Positions 1-10,302 of a stretch of 57,779 bases of DNA are shown one piece after another. Position 1 is the stretch's first letter, and the number at the start of each line of letters is the position of its first letter. The position numbers and the translations under genes are program-made. Source of the stretch: Candidatus Desulfaltia bathyphila (lineage in GTDB: Bacteria; Desulfobacterota; Desulfobacteria; Desulfobacterales; ETH-SRB1); NCBI GenBank assembly GCA_014381545.1, contig JACNLL010000026.1, positions 1 through 57,779 of the forward strand. The letters are read 5' to 3'. Under the pieces are notes generated by a model. It was not told the DNA's origin, made no database searches, and saw only the letters and a program-made list of their open reading frames with translations.

Positions 1-2
1 TC

Positions 3-632
3 GGAATACTGAATAACCAGATCAATTTAGGCGGCCTCGGGAAGGTAGTGGCATGCTGGATCGGAACTCCCACAGGCGCAGTAATTGTATCCATCCCTCT
101 CTACTATGCGGTGGCGGCAATATATAATAAACTTCACCTGAGTGTCTTCAGGTCGGACAGCATGCTTCGCTTTGGCCTGGTTGCTGCCGGGTCATATGGC
201 GCCTATGCCCTGGGAGCCAATAACGTAGCCAATGTAACAGCCGTTTTTGTTGGCGCCGGGCTCATAACAGTATTTCTTGCCACTCTTATTGGAGGGGTCA
301 GTATTGCCCTGGGCATTATAACATACAGCAAGCCGGTTATGGAGACAGTGGGCAAAAAACTTGTGAAGCTTGATCCGTTCTCGGCTTTTGTAGTGGTTCT
401 GGCTGGGGCTATTACAGTGCATATCTATACCATTATCGGTGTTCCTGTCTCAACATCTCAGGCTGTGATCGGAGCAGTGATCGGCATCGGCATCGTAAAA
501 GGCGCTCACACTGTCAGCAAAAAAACACTGAAAAATATTCTCCTGGCATGGATTCTTACCCCTGTTGTAGCCTGCTTTATTGCCCTGGTTATCGATTTTG
601 CATATAATTTACATTACATCCCGCCACAATAA
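3..632 (+). CDS. PiT-family inorganic phosphate transporter, 5'-truncated by the window edge
   Basis: Hydrophobic protein with the PHO4 signatures GANNVAN and PVSTSQAVIGAVIG; the frame is open from the window start. Confidence 0.85.
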   Translation, partial: GILNNQINLGGLGKVVACWIGTPTGAVIVSIPLYYAVAAIYNKLHLSVFRSDSMLRFGLVAAGSYGAYALGANNVANVTAVFVGAGLITVFLATLIGGVSIALGIITYSKPVMETVGKKLVKLDPFSAFVVVLAGAITVHIYTIIGVPVSTSQAVIGAVIGIGIVKGAHTVSKKTLKNILLAWILTPVVACFIALVIDFAYNLHYIPPQ

Positions 633-636
633 AAAC

Positions 637-660
637 AGGTGTTAGGTGTTAGGTGTTAAG
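637..660. repeat. (AGGTGTT)x3 heptamer tandem
   Basis: aggtgtt aggtgtt aggtgtt aag; same unit as the arrays at 44862 and 57527. Confidence 0.85.
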
Positions 661-687
661 CAAAAAAAGCAGCATAAAACAAACAAA

Positions 688-1545
688 ATGATTATAGATT
701 TTCATACACACATTTTCCCAAAAGAGATACGTAAAAACAGGGAAAAATATTTCCAGTCAGAACCTGCTTTCGAGCTTTTGTATGGCAGAACTGGATCAAA
801 ACTGGCCGGAGTCGGTGAACTGATTGATTCAATGGACAGCCGAGATGTGGATAGATCTGTAATCTTCGGCTTTCCCTGGAAAAATTCAGATACATTTAAA
901 AAACATAATGATTATATCATTAAATCAACAGAAAGATACCCCGGCCGCCTTACAGGTTTCTGCTGTGTTGATATATTCAGCAGGGAAGCAATACCGGAAG
1001 TTATGCGGTGTCTTGAAAGCGGGCTTTCAGGTGTAGGAGAGCTTGCCCTTTATGAATCCAGCCATGAATCCGGCATTGATGAAGAATCCATAAACAGGCT
1101 GGAGCCTGTCATGGAAATCTGCCTTGATAAAAACCTTCCTGTTTTAATCCATACCAATGAGCCTATAGGCCATCAATATCCTGGCAAAACTCCAAACACT
1201 TTCAGGCAGATTTACAGACTGATAACAAAGTTTCCGGAAAACAAAATTGTTTTAGCCCACTGGGGCGGTGGGATATTCTTTTTCAGTCTTCTTAAAAAGG
1301 AAGTAAAAGAGAGCTTTAATAACGTATATTTTGACACAGCAGCGTCCCCTTTTCTTTATGATGCAAAGATATACAGGATTGCAATTAATGTCCTGGGACA
1401 GGACAGGATTATCTTTGGAAGCGACTTTCCGCTTTTAACACCGGCAAGATATTTCAAGGAGCTTGAGCGAGCCGGACTTACAAAAAGCGAAATCGACTCT
1501 ATTTGCGGAAAAAACGCAGCAAGGTTGCTTAATGTTTTATTTTGA
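688..1545 (+). CDS. Amidohydrolase_2 family metallo-dependent hydrolase
   Basis: IIDFHTH, VGEL, LIHT, LAHWGGG, YFDTAA, FGSDFP motifs; ATG at 688 preferred to the upstream GTG. Confidence 0.85.
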   Translation: MIIDFHTHIFPKEIRKNREKYFQSEPAFELLYGRTGSKLAGVGELIDSMDSRDVDRSVIFGFPWKNSDTFKKHNDYIIKSTERYPGRLTGFCCVDIFSREAIPEVMRCLESGLSGVGELALYESSHESGIDEESINRLEPVMEICLDKNLPVLIHTNEPIGHQYPGKTPNTFRQIYRLITKFPENKIVLAHWGGGIFFFSLLKKEVKESFNNVYFDTAASPFLYDAKIYRIAINVLGQDRIIFGSDFPLLTPARYFKELERAGLTKSEIDSICGKNAARLLNVLF

Positions 1546-2673
1546 CGTGTCCGGAGGAACAAATACTTCCGGCTTTTCGGTCGGCAATGTCTCAACGTAA
1601 AGTGACTGGCTGGGAAATGCAAAGGATGTTCCCGACCCTTCAACAATTTCCTTAATCCTGTAAGCCAGAGTTTCCTTTATCTCCAACCATCTACCCCATT
1701 CAATTGTTTTGGTAAAGCAATAGACCATAATGTCAATCGAAGAATCGCTGAATCTGTCAATTCGCACAAACATCGGGGCATTGGGAGGCTTTGCAAAATC
1801 ATCACCTTCTAAAATGTACTGCTCAATTGAATCTCGAATCTGCCTGAGCTGCTTGACTGTTGTTCGATACTCCACACCGATTATCCAATAAATCCGCCTG
1901 TAAGTCATAGAACTGAAATTTACCACCGAATGATCGGAAAGCTGTGAGTTCGGCACAAAAACCGGCGCTTTATCAAAACGACGAACCACAGTGGACCTAA
2001 AACCTATGGTCTCGACCGTACCCTCAACCACACCATCAACACGTATCCAATCGCCGATATTGAACCTTTTTTCTGCAATAATAAGAATGCCTGAAATCAG
2101 ATTTTTAAACATGTCCTGGGCGCCAAGCGCAACAGCCACACCAAGCAGCCCCACTCCGGCAATAATCGGCCCAATTTTTATTCCCCAGATTTCAAGTATG
2201 GTTGCCGCTCCAATGAAGATAAAAACCGCCCTGATTGCCTTTAACAACCAATCCACCATTGAGGATGTAAAAATGTTTTCGAGTTGTTTTAACAGGAAGG
2301 AAAGCGGTTCAACTATATTTACAAGCCCCCAAAAAATTACAAATACAATAAGAGATCGGATTAACTTATCGGCGATTATCTCTATCCCCCCTTCCAAAGA
2401 AAGATATTCGACAGCAAAAAAAAGGCCTAAAACAACCGGGATAAATTTAACCGGTCTTTCGAGAGCTTTTAAGACATTATCGTCAATAGCGGTTTTAGTT
2501 GCTTTTGTTAATGCCTTGAGTCTGCTAAGAACAAATTTGGCAAATAATCCGCGCAAAAGAATAAAAGCAAAAAAAATCAAGATGGCTATAACCAATCTGC
2601 CCATATCGATCCCCAGCAGCCCGTTTTCCCATACATCGATTACCAAAAACCAAAATTGCTTAAGTTTATCCAT
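1537..2673 (-). CDS. MscS small-conductance mechanosensitive channel
   Basis: TM N-terminus; AVALGAQD..KNLISG, F.IGDWI, GTVETIGFRST, VPNS motifs; start may be 2673 or 2715. Confidence 0.9.
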   Translation of the reverse strand: MDKLKQFWFLVIDVWENGLLGIDMGRLVIAILIFFAFILLRGLFAKFVLSRLKALTKATKTAIDDNVLKALERPVKFIPVVLGLFFAVEYLSLEGGIEIIADKLIRSLIVFVIFWGLVNIVEPLSFLLKQLENIFTSSMVDWLLKAIRAVFIFIGAATILEIWGIKIGPIIAGVGLLGVAVALGAQDMFKNLISGILIIAEKRFNIGDWIRVDGVVEGTVETIGFRSTVVRRFDKAPVFVPNSQLSDHSVVNFSSMTYRRIYWIIGVEYRTTVKQLRQIRDSIEQYILEGDDFAKPPNAPMFVRIDRFSDSSIDIMVYCFTKTIEWGRWLEIKETLAYRIKEIVEGSGTSFAFPSQSLYVETLPTEKPEVFVPPDTSK

Positions 2674-2704
2674 GATATTCTCCAAAATTTTATGCCCTAT
2701 TTTT

Positions 2705-3394
2705 TTATTCTTCACTCCCGGCCGATAAAATCGCCTGCAGGATTGGTTGAATTTTAAGCCGGTGTTCAGGTGGTATCATCAAGGCCGGTATGGATCGGTT
2801 TGATATCAGGTTGTTTTCCGCGCAATTTGAGACACCATCTCTGTAGTTCTGGCGGGCTTCACTTGATTCAAAATAAAGCAGCACATCAATCAGATTTCCA
2901 GAACAACCCTGCGAATCAATATGTTCAATATACTGTAAAAATATATTGTTTACACTAAGAATAAACTCATCAACCTTGGCATAACCTTTTTCACTGCAAC
3001 TGTGTTTTGAAACAAAGCATCTGCATCCAAACGGTCTGACCTTATAAACCGGACATTGTCTGTCTGTTAAAATCGGGCACTCTCCCCAAGAATAACAGCT
3101 CTTTTCATCCGGGATATCCTTTTCAGCAATGGATAATTCAGCAAGCAAGTTTGTGGTTATGCTGGGCTGAAATCGCCTTTTATGCAAATCTTTCTGAATA
3201 ATATCAAACAAATACGCTTTTCCATCCGATATTAAACAATCAACAATCCTGTATCCCTCAAGGGTCGTCAATGTGACATTCCGGGTGCAACAAGTATAAC
3301 AATATTTTTTGCATGCCACGTCCAGGTTGCCGGCAAAATCATCATAAATTTTATAAATTTTCTCCAGAACATCCAGTTTTTTATTTAAGTCCAT
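2705..3394 (-). CDS. YkgJ-like CxxxCxxCC cysteine-cluster protein
   Basis: CKKYCYTCC, CPIL..QCPVYKVRPFGCR. Confidence 0.7.
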   Translation of the reverse strand: MDLNKKLDVLEKIYKIYDDFAGNLDVACKKYCYTCCTRNVTLTTLEGYRIVDCLISDGKAYLFDIIQKDLHKRRFQPSITTNLLAELSIAEKDIPDEKSCYSWGECPILTDRQCPVYKVRPFGCRCFVSKHSCSEKGYAKVDEFILSVNNIFLQYIEHIDSQGCSGNLIDVLLYFESSEARQNYRDGVSNCAENNLISNRSIPALMIPPEHRLKIQPILQAILSAGSEE

Positions 3395-3545
3395 TTGCAG
3401 TCCTATAATATTCAAACTCTCTGCTTAAAGAGCTTGACTTGAGATGAACCACTGAGTAATTTTGATGGTATCTTAAAAAGTCTAATTCATCCTCTTAACA
3501 CGAGGCACTTAACACTTTTTTTAAAAACATTATACGAAGGATATT

Positions 3546-4652
3546 ATGAAAAGCAAAGTCTATTTTATCGATCTAAGGGCCGGTTATAAGGAAAATCTGC
3601 CCCAAAAGATCGCAAGGCTTCTTAAAACAGCCGGCATTTTAAAAATTATCAAAAAAAGAGACCTTGTCGCAGTCAAGCTCCATTTCGGAGAGTCAGGCAA
3701 TACAGCCTTTATCCGGCCTGTATATATTCGAAAGATAGTGGAAACCTTAAAAGGGATCGGCAGCATACCGTTTCTGACAGATTGCAACACACTTTACGCC
3801 GGCACGCGAAGCGATGCTCCTAATCATCATGCAACAGCTATCTCCAACGGTTTTGCCTATTCTGTGATAAATGCTCCCGTTATTATTGCAGATGGTTTAA
3901 GGGGACAAAGTGAGACCTGTGTCACTATAAATCAGAAGAATTTTAATAAGGTTTATATCGGATCTGAAATTATCCATGCGGATTCTCTGTTATCGGCGGC
4001 CCATTTCAAAGGTCATGAACTTTCCGGTTTTGGAGGAACCATAAAAAACCTGGGCATGGGATGCGCTTCACGAAGGGGAAAGCTGGCCCAGCATTCAACC
4101 GTAGCGCCAAAAGTGAAAAGAAAAAAATGCGCCGGCTGCGGTGACTGCACAGATCACTGCTCCCAACAGGCCATTTCACTGGCTAAAGAAAAGGCCGTTA
4201 TTGATCAAAAAAAGTGTATCGGATGCGGAGAATGTATAATTATTTGTCCCAACGGCGCAATACAGATCCAGTGGAATCAGGACATACCGGTTTTTATGGA
4301 AAATATGGTCGAATACACAATGGGTGTTTTACAAAACAAGAAAGACAGGGCATTATTTATAAATTTTATCACCGATGTTTCGCCGGCATGCGATTGTATG
4401 GATCATAACGATGCGCCGATTGTCAGGGATATAGGGATGGTTGCCTCAAATGACCCTGTTGCCATTGACCAGGCCTCTGTAGATCTTGTCAACAGTGAGC
4501 AAGCCCTTCCGGGGTCATGCCTTAAAACAAACATAAAATCCGGCGAAGACAAGTTCAGAGGGATCTATCCTGAAGTGGATTGGGAAATCCAGCTGGAATA
4601 TGCTGAAAAGGTGAAACTTGGAAGCCGCAATTATGAGCTGGTCTCACTTTAG
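3546..4652 (+). CDS. DUF362 domain protein with a 2x[4Fe-4S] ferredoxin insert
   Basis: VAVKLHFGE.GN, TDCNTLY.G.R, HFKGH..SGFGGTIKNLGMGC; two ferredoxin CxxCxxCxxxC motifs. Confidence 0.85.
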   Translation: MKSKVYFIDLRAGYKENLPQKIARLLKTAGILKIIKKRDLVAVKLHFGESGNTAFIRPVYIRKIVETLKGIGSIPFLTDCNTLYAGTRSDAPNHHATAISNGFAYSVINAPVIIADGLRGQSETCVTINQKNFNKVYIGSEIIHADSLLSAAHFKGHELSGFGGTIKNLGMGCASRRGKLAQHSTVAPKVKRKKCAGCGDCTDHCSQQAISLAKEKAVIDQKKCIGCGECIIICPNGAIQIQWNQDIPVFMENMVEYTMGVLQNKKDRALFINFITDVSPACDCMDHNDAPIVRDIGMVASNDPVAIDQASVDLVNSEQALPGSCLKTNIKSGEDKFRGIYPEVDWEIQLEYAEKVKLGSRNYELVSL

Positions 4653-4730
4653 GTAGCCGTTCACGGCTTAGGTTTTTTTACCAAACCATCAACTTTACCT
4701 AAATTATGAAACAAAACACTAATGTTTAGA

Positions 4731-4760
4731 TTGACATATCAGATCAATATTAGATATAAA
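4731..4760 (+). promoter_or_regulatory. Putative sigma70 promoter of ppsA
   Basis: TTGACA (4731) N18 TATAAA (4755). Confidence 0.45.
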
Positions 4761-4886
4761 ATTTTGTTGGCTGTTGACTTTTTGCCGTCGGTTTAATATT
4801 TTATTTTTCGTGCAAGTTTGATGAATTCGTAAAAAATACAAGGTGTTACTTTAACCAATTACAAGAGGGTGCGAAGGAGAAAAAGG

Positions 4887-7334
4887 ATGGCAGAAAAACA
4901 TGATAAGGCATTGATTCTCTGGTTTGATGATATTTCTATCGAGGATATCCCCATGGTTGGCGGGAAAAACGCTTCACTTGGGGAGATGTATCAAAAACTT
5001 ACTTCCAAAGGTGTGACTGTGCCGCACGGCTTTGCAATCACCGCATATGCATATCAGTACCTTCTTAAATCAGCAGGCATAGAAGATGGCATAAAGGATG
5101 CGCTGGCCGGACTGGACACCCATGACATGAAAAATCTCCAGGAACGGGGCAAAAAGGCCAGAAATATCATCCGCTCTGCCGAGTTCCCGGACGATCTCCG
5201 GCAGGCTATTGTTGAATCATACAAAAAAATGGAAGAAGAATACGGCGCCGATGTAGATGTGGCTGTCCGGTCCTCCGCCACGGCAGAGGATCTGCCTGAC
5301 GCTTCCTTTGCGGGCCAGCAGGAAACCTTCCTGAATGTCCGGGGCCCTGACGATTTGATTGACAACTGCCGGAAATGTTTTGCCAGCCTGTTCACAAACC
5401 GCGCCATTTCATACAGACACGACAAGGGGTTTGGTCAGTTTGACGTATATCTCTCCATTGCAGTTCAAAAGATGATCCGAAGCGATTCCGCGTCTGCCGG
5501 AGTTATATTCTCCATTGACACTGAAAGCGGTTTTAAGGATGCGGTCTTTATTACCGCTTCATGGGGACTCGGGGAAAACGTGGTGCAGGGAGCTGTTAAT
5601 CCTGATGAATATTATGTCTTTAAACCCACCTTAAAAAATGCCAAATGTCCTATAGTCGGCAAAAGGGTGGGAAGTAAAAAAATCAAGATGATATATAATA
5701 CATCCGGAGGCGGCAAGGAGCCGGTCAAGAATATTGATACCACACTAGAAGAACGGGGAAGCTATGTAATAAATGATGATGAAATCATTCAGCTTGCCAA
5801 ATGGGCCTGCATTATCGAAGATCATTATGAAAAAGCCATGGACATTGAATGGGCAAAAGACGGTGATGGCGTTAATGTCGGCACTGGCGAGCTTTTCATC
5901 CTCCAGGCAAGGCCCGAGACCGTTCATTCACAAAGCACAAAAAATGTCCTGGAAACCTATGTGCTCAAGGAAACCGGCAATGTTATTATAACCGGACAGG
6001 CTGTGGGAACCAAGATCGGCCAGGGCAGAGCCCATATTATTGAAGATACCGCACACATACATAAATTCAAGAAAGGGGAAATTCTGGTTACAGACATGAC
6101 AGATCCTGACTGGGAGCCGATAATGAAGATTGCCGGCGCTATTGTCACCAACAGGGGCGGGCGAACCTGCCATGCTGCAATCATCTCTCGTGAGCTGGGA
6201 ATTCCGTGCGTAATAGGCACTGTGAATGGATCTGAGGTTATTAAAACCGGCACAGACATTACTGTTTCCTGCGCAGAAGGTGAAACAGCCAATATATATG
6301 AAGGGCTTTTAAAATTCAAAATAGATAAACTCGATCTTGATAAAGTGCCTGCAACCAAAACAATGATCATGATGAATGTCGGAATCCCGGAAAAGGCCTT
6401 TAGCGAATGCCAGATTCCCAATGAAGGTGTGGGGCTTGCGAGAGAAGAATTTATTATCAATTCACATATCGGAATTCATCCGCTGGCCCTGTATTACTTT
6501 GATGATCTCAAAGCCAAAGCCGCTGCCGGCGACGCTGAAATAGCTGAAATTGTAAAAAAGATCAAAGCGCAAACCACGGCTTACCCTGATGACAAAAAAC
6601 AGTTTTTTATTGACAAACTCGCCGAAGGCGTTGGCCGTATCGGCGCAGGCTTCTACCCCAAGGACGTAATTGTCCGGCTGTCGGATTTTAAAAGCAACGA
6701 ATATGCAAATTTAATCGGCGGAACCTTATATGAACCTGAAGAAAGCAATCCCATGATAGGCTGGCGGGGGGCTTCCCGTTATTATGACGAAAAATACAAG
6801 CCTGCTTTTGAACTCGAATGCATGGCTTTGCTCAAGGCGCGCAATGATATGGGGCTAACCAACATCAAATTGATGGTGCCGTTCTGCAGGACTCCTGAAG
6901 AGGGACGCAAGGTAATTGAGGTTATGAAGGAATTCGGACTTGTTCAGGGTGAAAATGATCTTGAAGTCTATGTGATGTGCGAGATACCGAGCAACGTGAT
7001 CTCAGCAGATGCCTTCTTCGATGTCTTCGACGGGTTCTCCATCGGCTCCAACGACTTAACCCAGCTTACCCTGGGACTGGATCGTGATTCAGATCTTGTT
7101 GCCCATATATTTGACGAGCGAAACGAGGCTGTTAAAACCATGGTGCGCATGGTAATTGATGTAGCCAAACGCCGGGGCAAAAAGATCGGGATATGCGGCC
7201 AGGCTCCAAGTGATTTTCCGGAATTTGCCACGTTCCTCGTTGAATGCGGCATCGATTCCATGAGCCTGATCCCTGATACTGTTATTAAAACAAGGCTGGC
7301 GGTGGCAGCAAAAGAAAAAGAATTAGGGATATAG
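4887..7334 (+). CDS. ppsA: Phosphoenolpyruvate synthase
   Basis: VGGKNASLGEM, VAVRSSATAEDL..ASFAGQQ, GGRTCHAAI (phospho-His), EESNPMIGWRG, SIGSNDLTQ, ICGQAPSD. Confidence 0.97.
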   Translation: MAEKHDKALILWFDDISIEDIPMVGGKNASLGEMYQKLTSKGVTVPHGFAITAYAYQYLLKSAGIEDGIKDALAGLDTHDMKNLQERGKKARNIIRSAEFPDDLRQAIVESYKKMEEEYGADVDVAVRSSATAEDLPDASFAGQQETFLNVRGPDDLIDNCRKCFASLFTNRAISYRHDKGFGQFDVYLSIAVQKMIRSDSASAGVIFSIDTESGFKDAVFITASWGLGENVVQGAVNPDEYYVFKPTLKNAKCPIVGKRVGSKKIKMIYNTSGGGKEPVKNIDTTLEERGSYVINDDEIIQLAKWACIIEDHYEKAMDIEWAKDGDGVNVGTGELFILQARPETVHSQSTKNVLETYVLKETGNVIITGQAVGTKIGQGRAHIIEDTAHIHKFKKGEILVTDMTDPDWEPIMKIAGAIVTNRGGRTCHAAIISRELGIPCVIGTVNGSEVIKTGTDITVSCAEGETANIYEGLLKFKIDKLDLDKVPATKTMIMMNVGIPEKAFSECQIPNEGVGLAREEFIINSHIGIHPLALYYFDDLKAKAAAGDAEIAEIVKKIKAQTTAYPDDKKQFFIDKLAEGVGRIGAGFYPKDVIVRLSDFKSNEYANLIGGTLYEPEESNPMIGWRGASRYYDEKYKPAFELECMALLKARNDMGLTNIKLMVPFCRTPEEGRKVIEVMKEFGLVQGENDLEVYVMCEIPSNVISADAFFDVFDGFSIGSNDLTQLTLGLDRDSDLVAHIFDERNEAVKTMVRMVIDVAKRRGKKIGICGQAPSDFPEFATFLVECGIDSMSLIPDTVIKTRLAVAAKEKELGI

Positions 7335-7425
7335 AAAAGTTGACCAGCCTTCCAGCCTCTGAACCGTGAACTGTACTTACTTCTTAACTCTTCTCTTTTT
7401 GCCGGGAGTAAGCCTGATTCCCTTT

Positions 7426-7934
7426 TCATATACTTTGATTAAAACCGGTCTCTTCAGCTCCGCTGTCCGCAGTCTGCCACGGATACATAGCTCCCTCGTA
7501 ACCGTTTTGAGCGGCATATCTTTTTGCGTCATTCAGACGGTTGTACCTGTACATGAGAAGCGCCCGGGTGATTTCCGGAAAACGGAAATTATAAAAAGGC
7601 AGTATATAAAGTTCATCCCAGAAAATATGCCCCCTGTATGCTTCACCGTGAAGCCCCCGCGCGGGCATTCCAGCATCAATAACTGTGTTGTGAGGGGATG
7701 CCGTAACCAGCAGGTGATAAATATGCAAACGCGTGGTTTTTTGCACAAACCTGTCACCGCTGATCCTAATGTCGGCTCTATCCCAGAGAGATTTCAAGGT
7801 ATGTTTTCCTTCTCGGCGTTTTTTTTAAGAAAGCCATTAAACATGCTTTCCCAGGCCAGCGCATGCACACGGGCCGTCCCTGTTATAACGCCGTCCAGAT
7901 CAAAAATAACACCTTTCATTTTTGTTAAGGCCAT
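7426..7934 (-). pseudogene. Remnant of a beta-phosphoglucomutase (HAD)-GH65 phosphorylase fusion gene
   Basis: 7934-7794 encodes [24 protein letters not shown] and stops after ~46 aa; 7797-7426, in another frame, encodes the GH65 core [17 protein letters not shown]...[12 protein letters not shown] and then stops. Confidence 0.8.
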
Positions 7935-7994
7935 TACATCCTTCCTTTTTTCCATATTTCCGCTATATAGTGCCTGAACAAAAACCCCACTTTT

Positions 7995-8074
7995 TGTCAT
8001 TTCGACCAAAGGGAGAAATCTTAAATTTCAATATTAACAATAGGCTAAGATTTCTCGCTCCGCTCGAAATGACA
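7995..8074. repeat. REP/RPE-like palindromic element
   Basis: TGTCATTTCGA...TCGAAATGACA outer inverted repeat and GAGAAATCTTA/TAAGATTTCTC inner inverted repeat. Confidence 0.8.
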
Positions 8075-8139
8075 GCTGCAGACTTCGCCATAGTAGCCTA
8101 TGGCTACGACGGCTGAATTGGATAGTTTTCATTCAGACG

Positions 8140-9384
8140 CTATATAGACAAAAAACTCAGAATTGCTACAAGCATATCCGGCTCAGGCACAATAATGGAA
8201 TTCGGACATATATATTTCACCTTTCCAGCAAGCTCATTATCTTTTGTCACAAAAATCGACCACGTATCCTCTGTTTTATCTGAAAACGCTTTTATCATCG
8301 GAATATCAGATGATGTATCCCCACACACAAGATGGGGTCCTTTTGTCATATCAAAGTTTAATTCCGAATTAAGATATTTTACGGCATCTGCCTTGTCAAA
8401 GTCTTTGACCCCGCATTGAGAAACTTCAATTGTCAAAATTATTTCGATATCAAGACCTGTGTCCTCAATTATAAAATTCTTTCTTTTTGGATCGAGTTCA
8501 AAAACAATTTCCCTAATCTTTTTCAGGAACGCATCTGATTCATCTTCAGATATGGAATTAGTTATATTCTGGCGCGCTATTGTAGTCTGCCCGAATTTTA
8601 GCTGTAATCCGGAGCCGATCAATGAAAATTTCTCAAAGGACGGATCTTTTACCAGATCGGAAAGCCTTTGGTTTAGCTTATCAAGAAGGATTTGCTTTTG
8701 TCCGTCTATATGGCAATATCTTCGTTTTCCGGTAAGATCGATAAATTCTCTGCCCTTTGAAGCAGCGTAAATTAAAGTTTTTTCCGGGCTAACGCTCACA
8801 TCAACAATCCCAAAATTTTCAAGAGGAGCGGAGGTCAAAATTATTGGACAGGCAGTTCTTTTTTTCGCAAAACGGGCAATAAAAACTGAATTATATACAG
8901 ACTGTACAGAGGAGCGGTATCTGCCGCAGTAATTGTTTATCGTGCCGTCGCGATCTGTCATAAAGCAATTAAACTGCATGCCCTTTAATTTCATTGCACC
9001 AATATCCAGATGCATTCGGAAATCAGAATGAATCTTTTCCAGATACTTGATGAATGCCGGTTCGCCATTTTCAAGATAGAAAATATCTTTTTCAAGTTCC
9101 GTGATCTCGTATGTCAAATCGACTGTTATCCTTTTGGAACCGCTTATAACGAGAATTCTTTTTTTCTGCTCAAGAGGAATATTTGCAAGTGAGGCATGTG
9201 CATTCGCCAGCGAGTCTATACAAGTAGAAGTTAGGGGTCTGTTGTTAAAAATATTTTCCACAATCTGCAGGCGCAGGTCTCTGGTCTTAGCCATAAGATC
9301 GTAAAACTGCTTTAACGTAAATATCTCCTGCCGACTTATTATGTCATTGCTCATTAGCATCTCGTCCATAAGAGACCTTTGCAA
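8140..9384 (-). CDS. HAD-family trehalose-6-phosphate phosphatase-like protein (nematode gob-1/T6PP type)
   Basis: FMTDRDGTINNYCGRY, LTSAPL, GSGLQLKFGQTTIARQ, DTGLDIEI, FDKADAV, CGDTSSD; exact start uncertain. Confidence 0.7.
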   Translation of the reverse strand: MQRSLMDEMLMSNDIISRQEIFTLKQFYDLMAKTRDLRLQIVENIFNNRPLTSTCIDSLANAHASLANIPLEQKKRILVISGSKRITVDLTYEITELEKDIFYLENGEPAFIKYLEKIHSDFRMHLDIGAMKLKGMQFNCFMTDRDGTINNYCGRYRSSVQSVYNSVFIARFAKKRTACPIILTSAPLENFGIVDVSVSPEKTLIYAASKGREFIDLTGKRRYCHIDGQKQILLDKLNQRLSDLVKDPSFEKFSLIGSGLQLKFGQTTIARQNITNSISEDESDAFLKKIREIVFELDPKRKNFIIEDTGLDIEIILTIEVSQCGVKDFDKADAVKYLNSELNFDMTKGPHLVCGDTSSDIPMIKAFSDKTEDTWSIFVTKDNELAGKVKYICPNSIIVPEPDMLVAILSFLSI

Positions 9385-9413
9385 AACGTCCCCTTTTGCC
9401 CGATTACTGCGTC

Positions 9414-9490
9414 AGGCAAAGCCGGAGGCTTGATTTGTGAACCGCTCAAAGCGGTTATAAAACTATGTGCCACCTAAAGGTAAGGTGGCC
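9414..9490. repeat. Hairpin cluster resembling an IS200/IS605-type end remnant
   Basis: ggcaaagccggaggcttg, aaccgc-tcaaa-gcggtt and gccacc-N9-ggtggc stems; no transposase adjacent. Confidence 0.35.
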
Positions 9491-9495
9491 AAATC

Positions 9496-10302
9496 CTAAT
9501 CCCCTAATCCCCTGCCCCCTAATCCAGGCACCAGAGTAATCCTCGGAAATTTACCAGCAGGACTTTCATCCACGAGCAGCTTGCAGTTATATGTCTTCTC
9601 AAGCAACTGACGTGTAAGCACATCTTTTGGTTTTCCCAGGCTTGCGATTATCCCTGCATTGAGCAATAGCAAATGGCTGCCGTACATAGCCGCAAGATTT
9701 ACATCGTGTAATACCACAATAACTGTAAACCCGATTTCTTTTTTCAATTTCTCCATCAAGTCCATTACTTTTACCTGGTGGGCAAGGTCCAGCGAGGCGG
9801 TCGGTTCATCAAGAAGTATGATTTTTGGTTCCTGGCATATTGCCCTGGCGATAAAAACGCGCTGGCATTCGCCTCCGCTCAACTGGTCTATCTTTCTATG
9901 CGCAAGATGGTCAACTCCGGTAAGAGTCATTGCTTTGTCGGCAATTTCCAGGTCCTTTTCCTGCTCAAATCCAAGCATACTTAGATGGGGGGAACGCCCC
10001 ATTAGAACAAGCTCGGTAACAGTAAATGGAAAATCAAGTCCCGCCATCTGCGGAACAAGGGCAACTGTTTTTGCCAGATCCTTTCTGGTATAGTCTTTTA
10101 AAGGGCGATCAAATATTCTCAGTTTGCCTTGTTTTGGTTTTAGGATTCCGGCAATTGTTTTCATCAAGGTTGTCTTGCCTGACCCGTTTGGGCCGATTAT
10201 GATAAAAAATTCGCCTTCAGAAATCGAAAAAGAAAGATTTTTCAAAACCTCATTGTCGATGTATGAAAAACTTAAGCTTTTTATCTCAACTGCTTTTTTC
10301 AT
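9496..10302 (-). CDS. Cobalamin/Fe-chelate ABC transporter ATPase (BtuD/FepC-like)
   Basis: GPNGSGKTT, LSGGECQRV, LLDEPT.SLD, HDVNLA. Confidence 0.9.
   Translation of the reverse strand: MKKAVEIKSLSFSYIDNEVLKNLSFSISEGEFFIIIGPNGSGKTTLMKTIAGILKPKQGKLRIFDRPLKDYTRKDLAKTVALVPQMAGLDFPFTVTELVLMGRSPHLSMLGFEQEKDLEIADKAMTLTGVDHLAHRKIDQLSGGECQRVFIARAICQEPKIILLDEPTASLDLAHQVKVMDLMEKLKKEIGFTVIVVLHDVNLAAMYGSHLLLLNAGIIASLGKPKDVLTRQLLEKTYNCKLLVDESPAGKFPRITLVPGLGGRGLGD

Noticed and set aside
7794-7797. Programmed frameshift or TGA readthrough joining the beta-PGM and GH65 pieces
   Set aside because: Several hundred residues expected between the two segments are absent, so recoding could not restore a protein.
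7366-7977. 203-aa plus-strand ORF
   Set aside because: Antisense shadow of the beta-PGM/GH65 remnant; no recognisable motifs.
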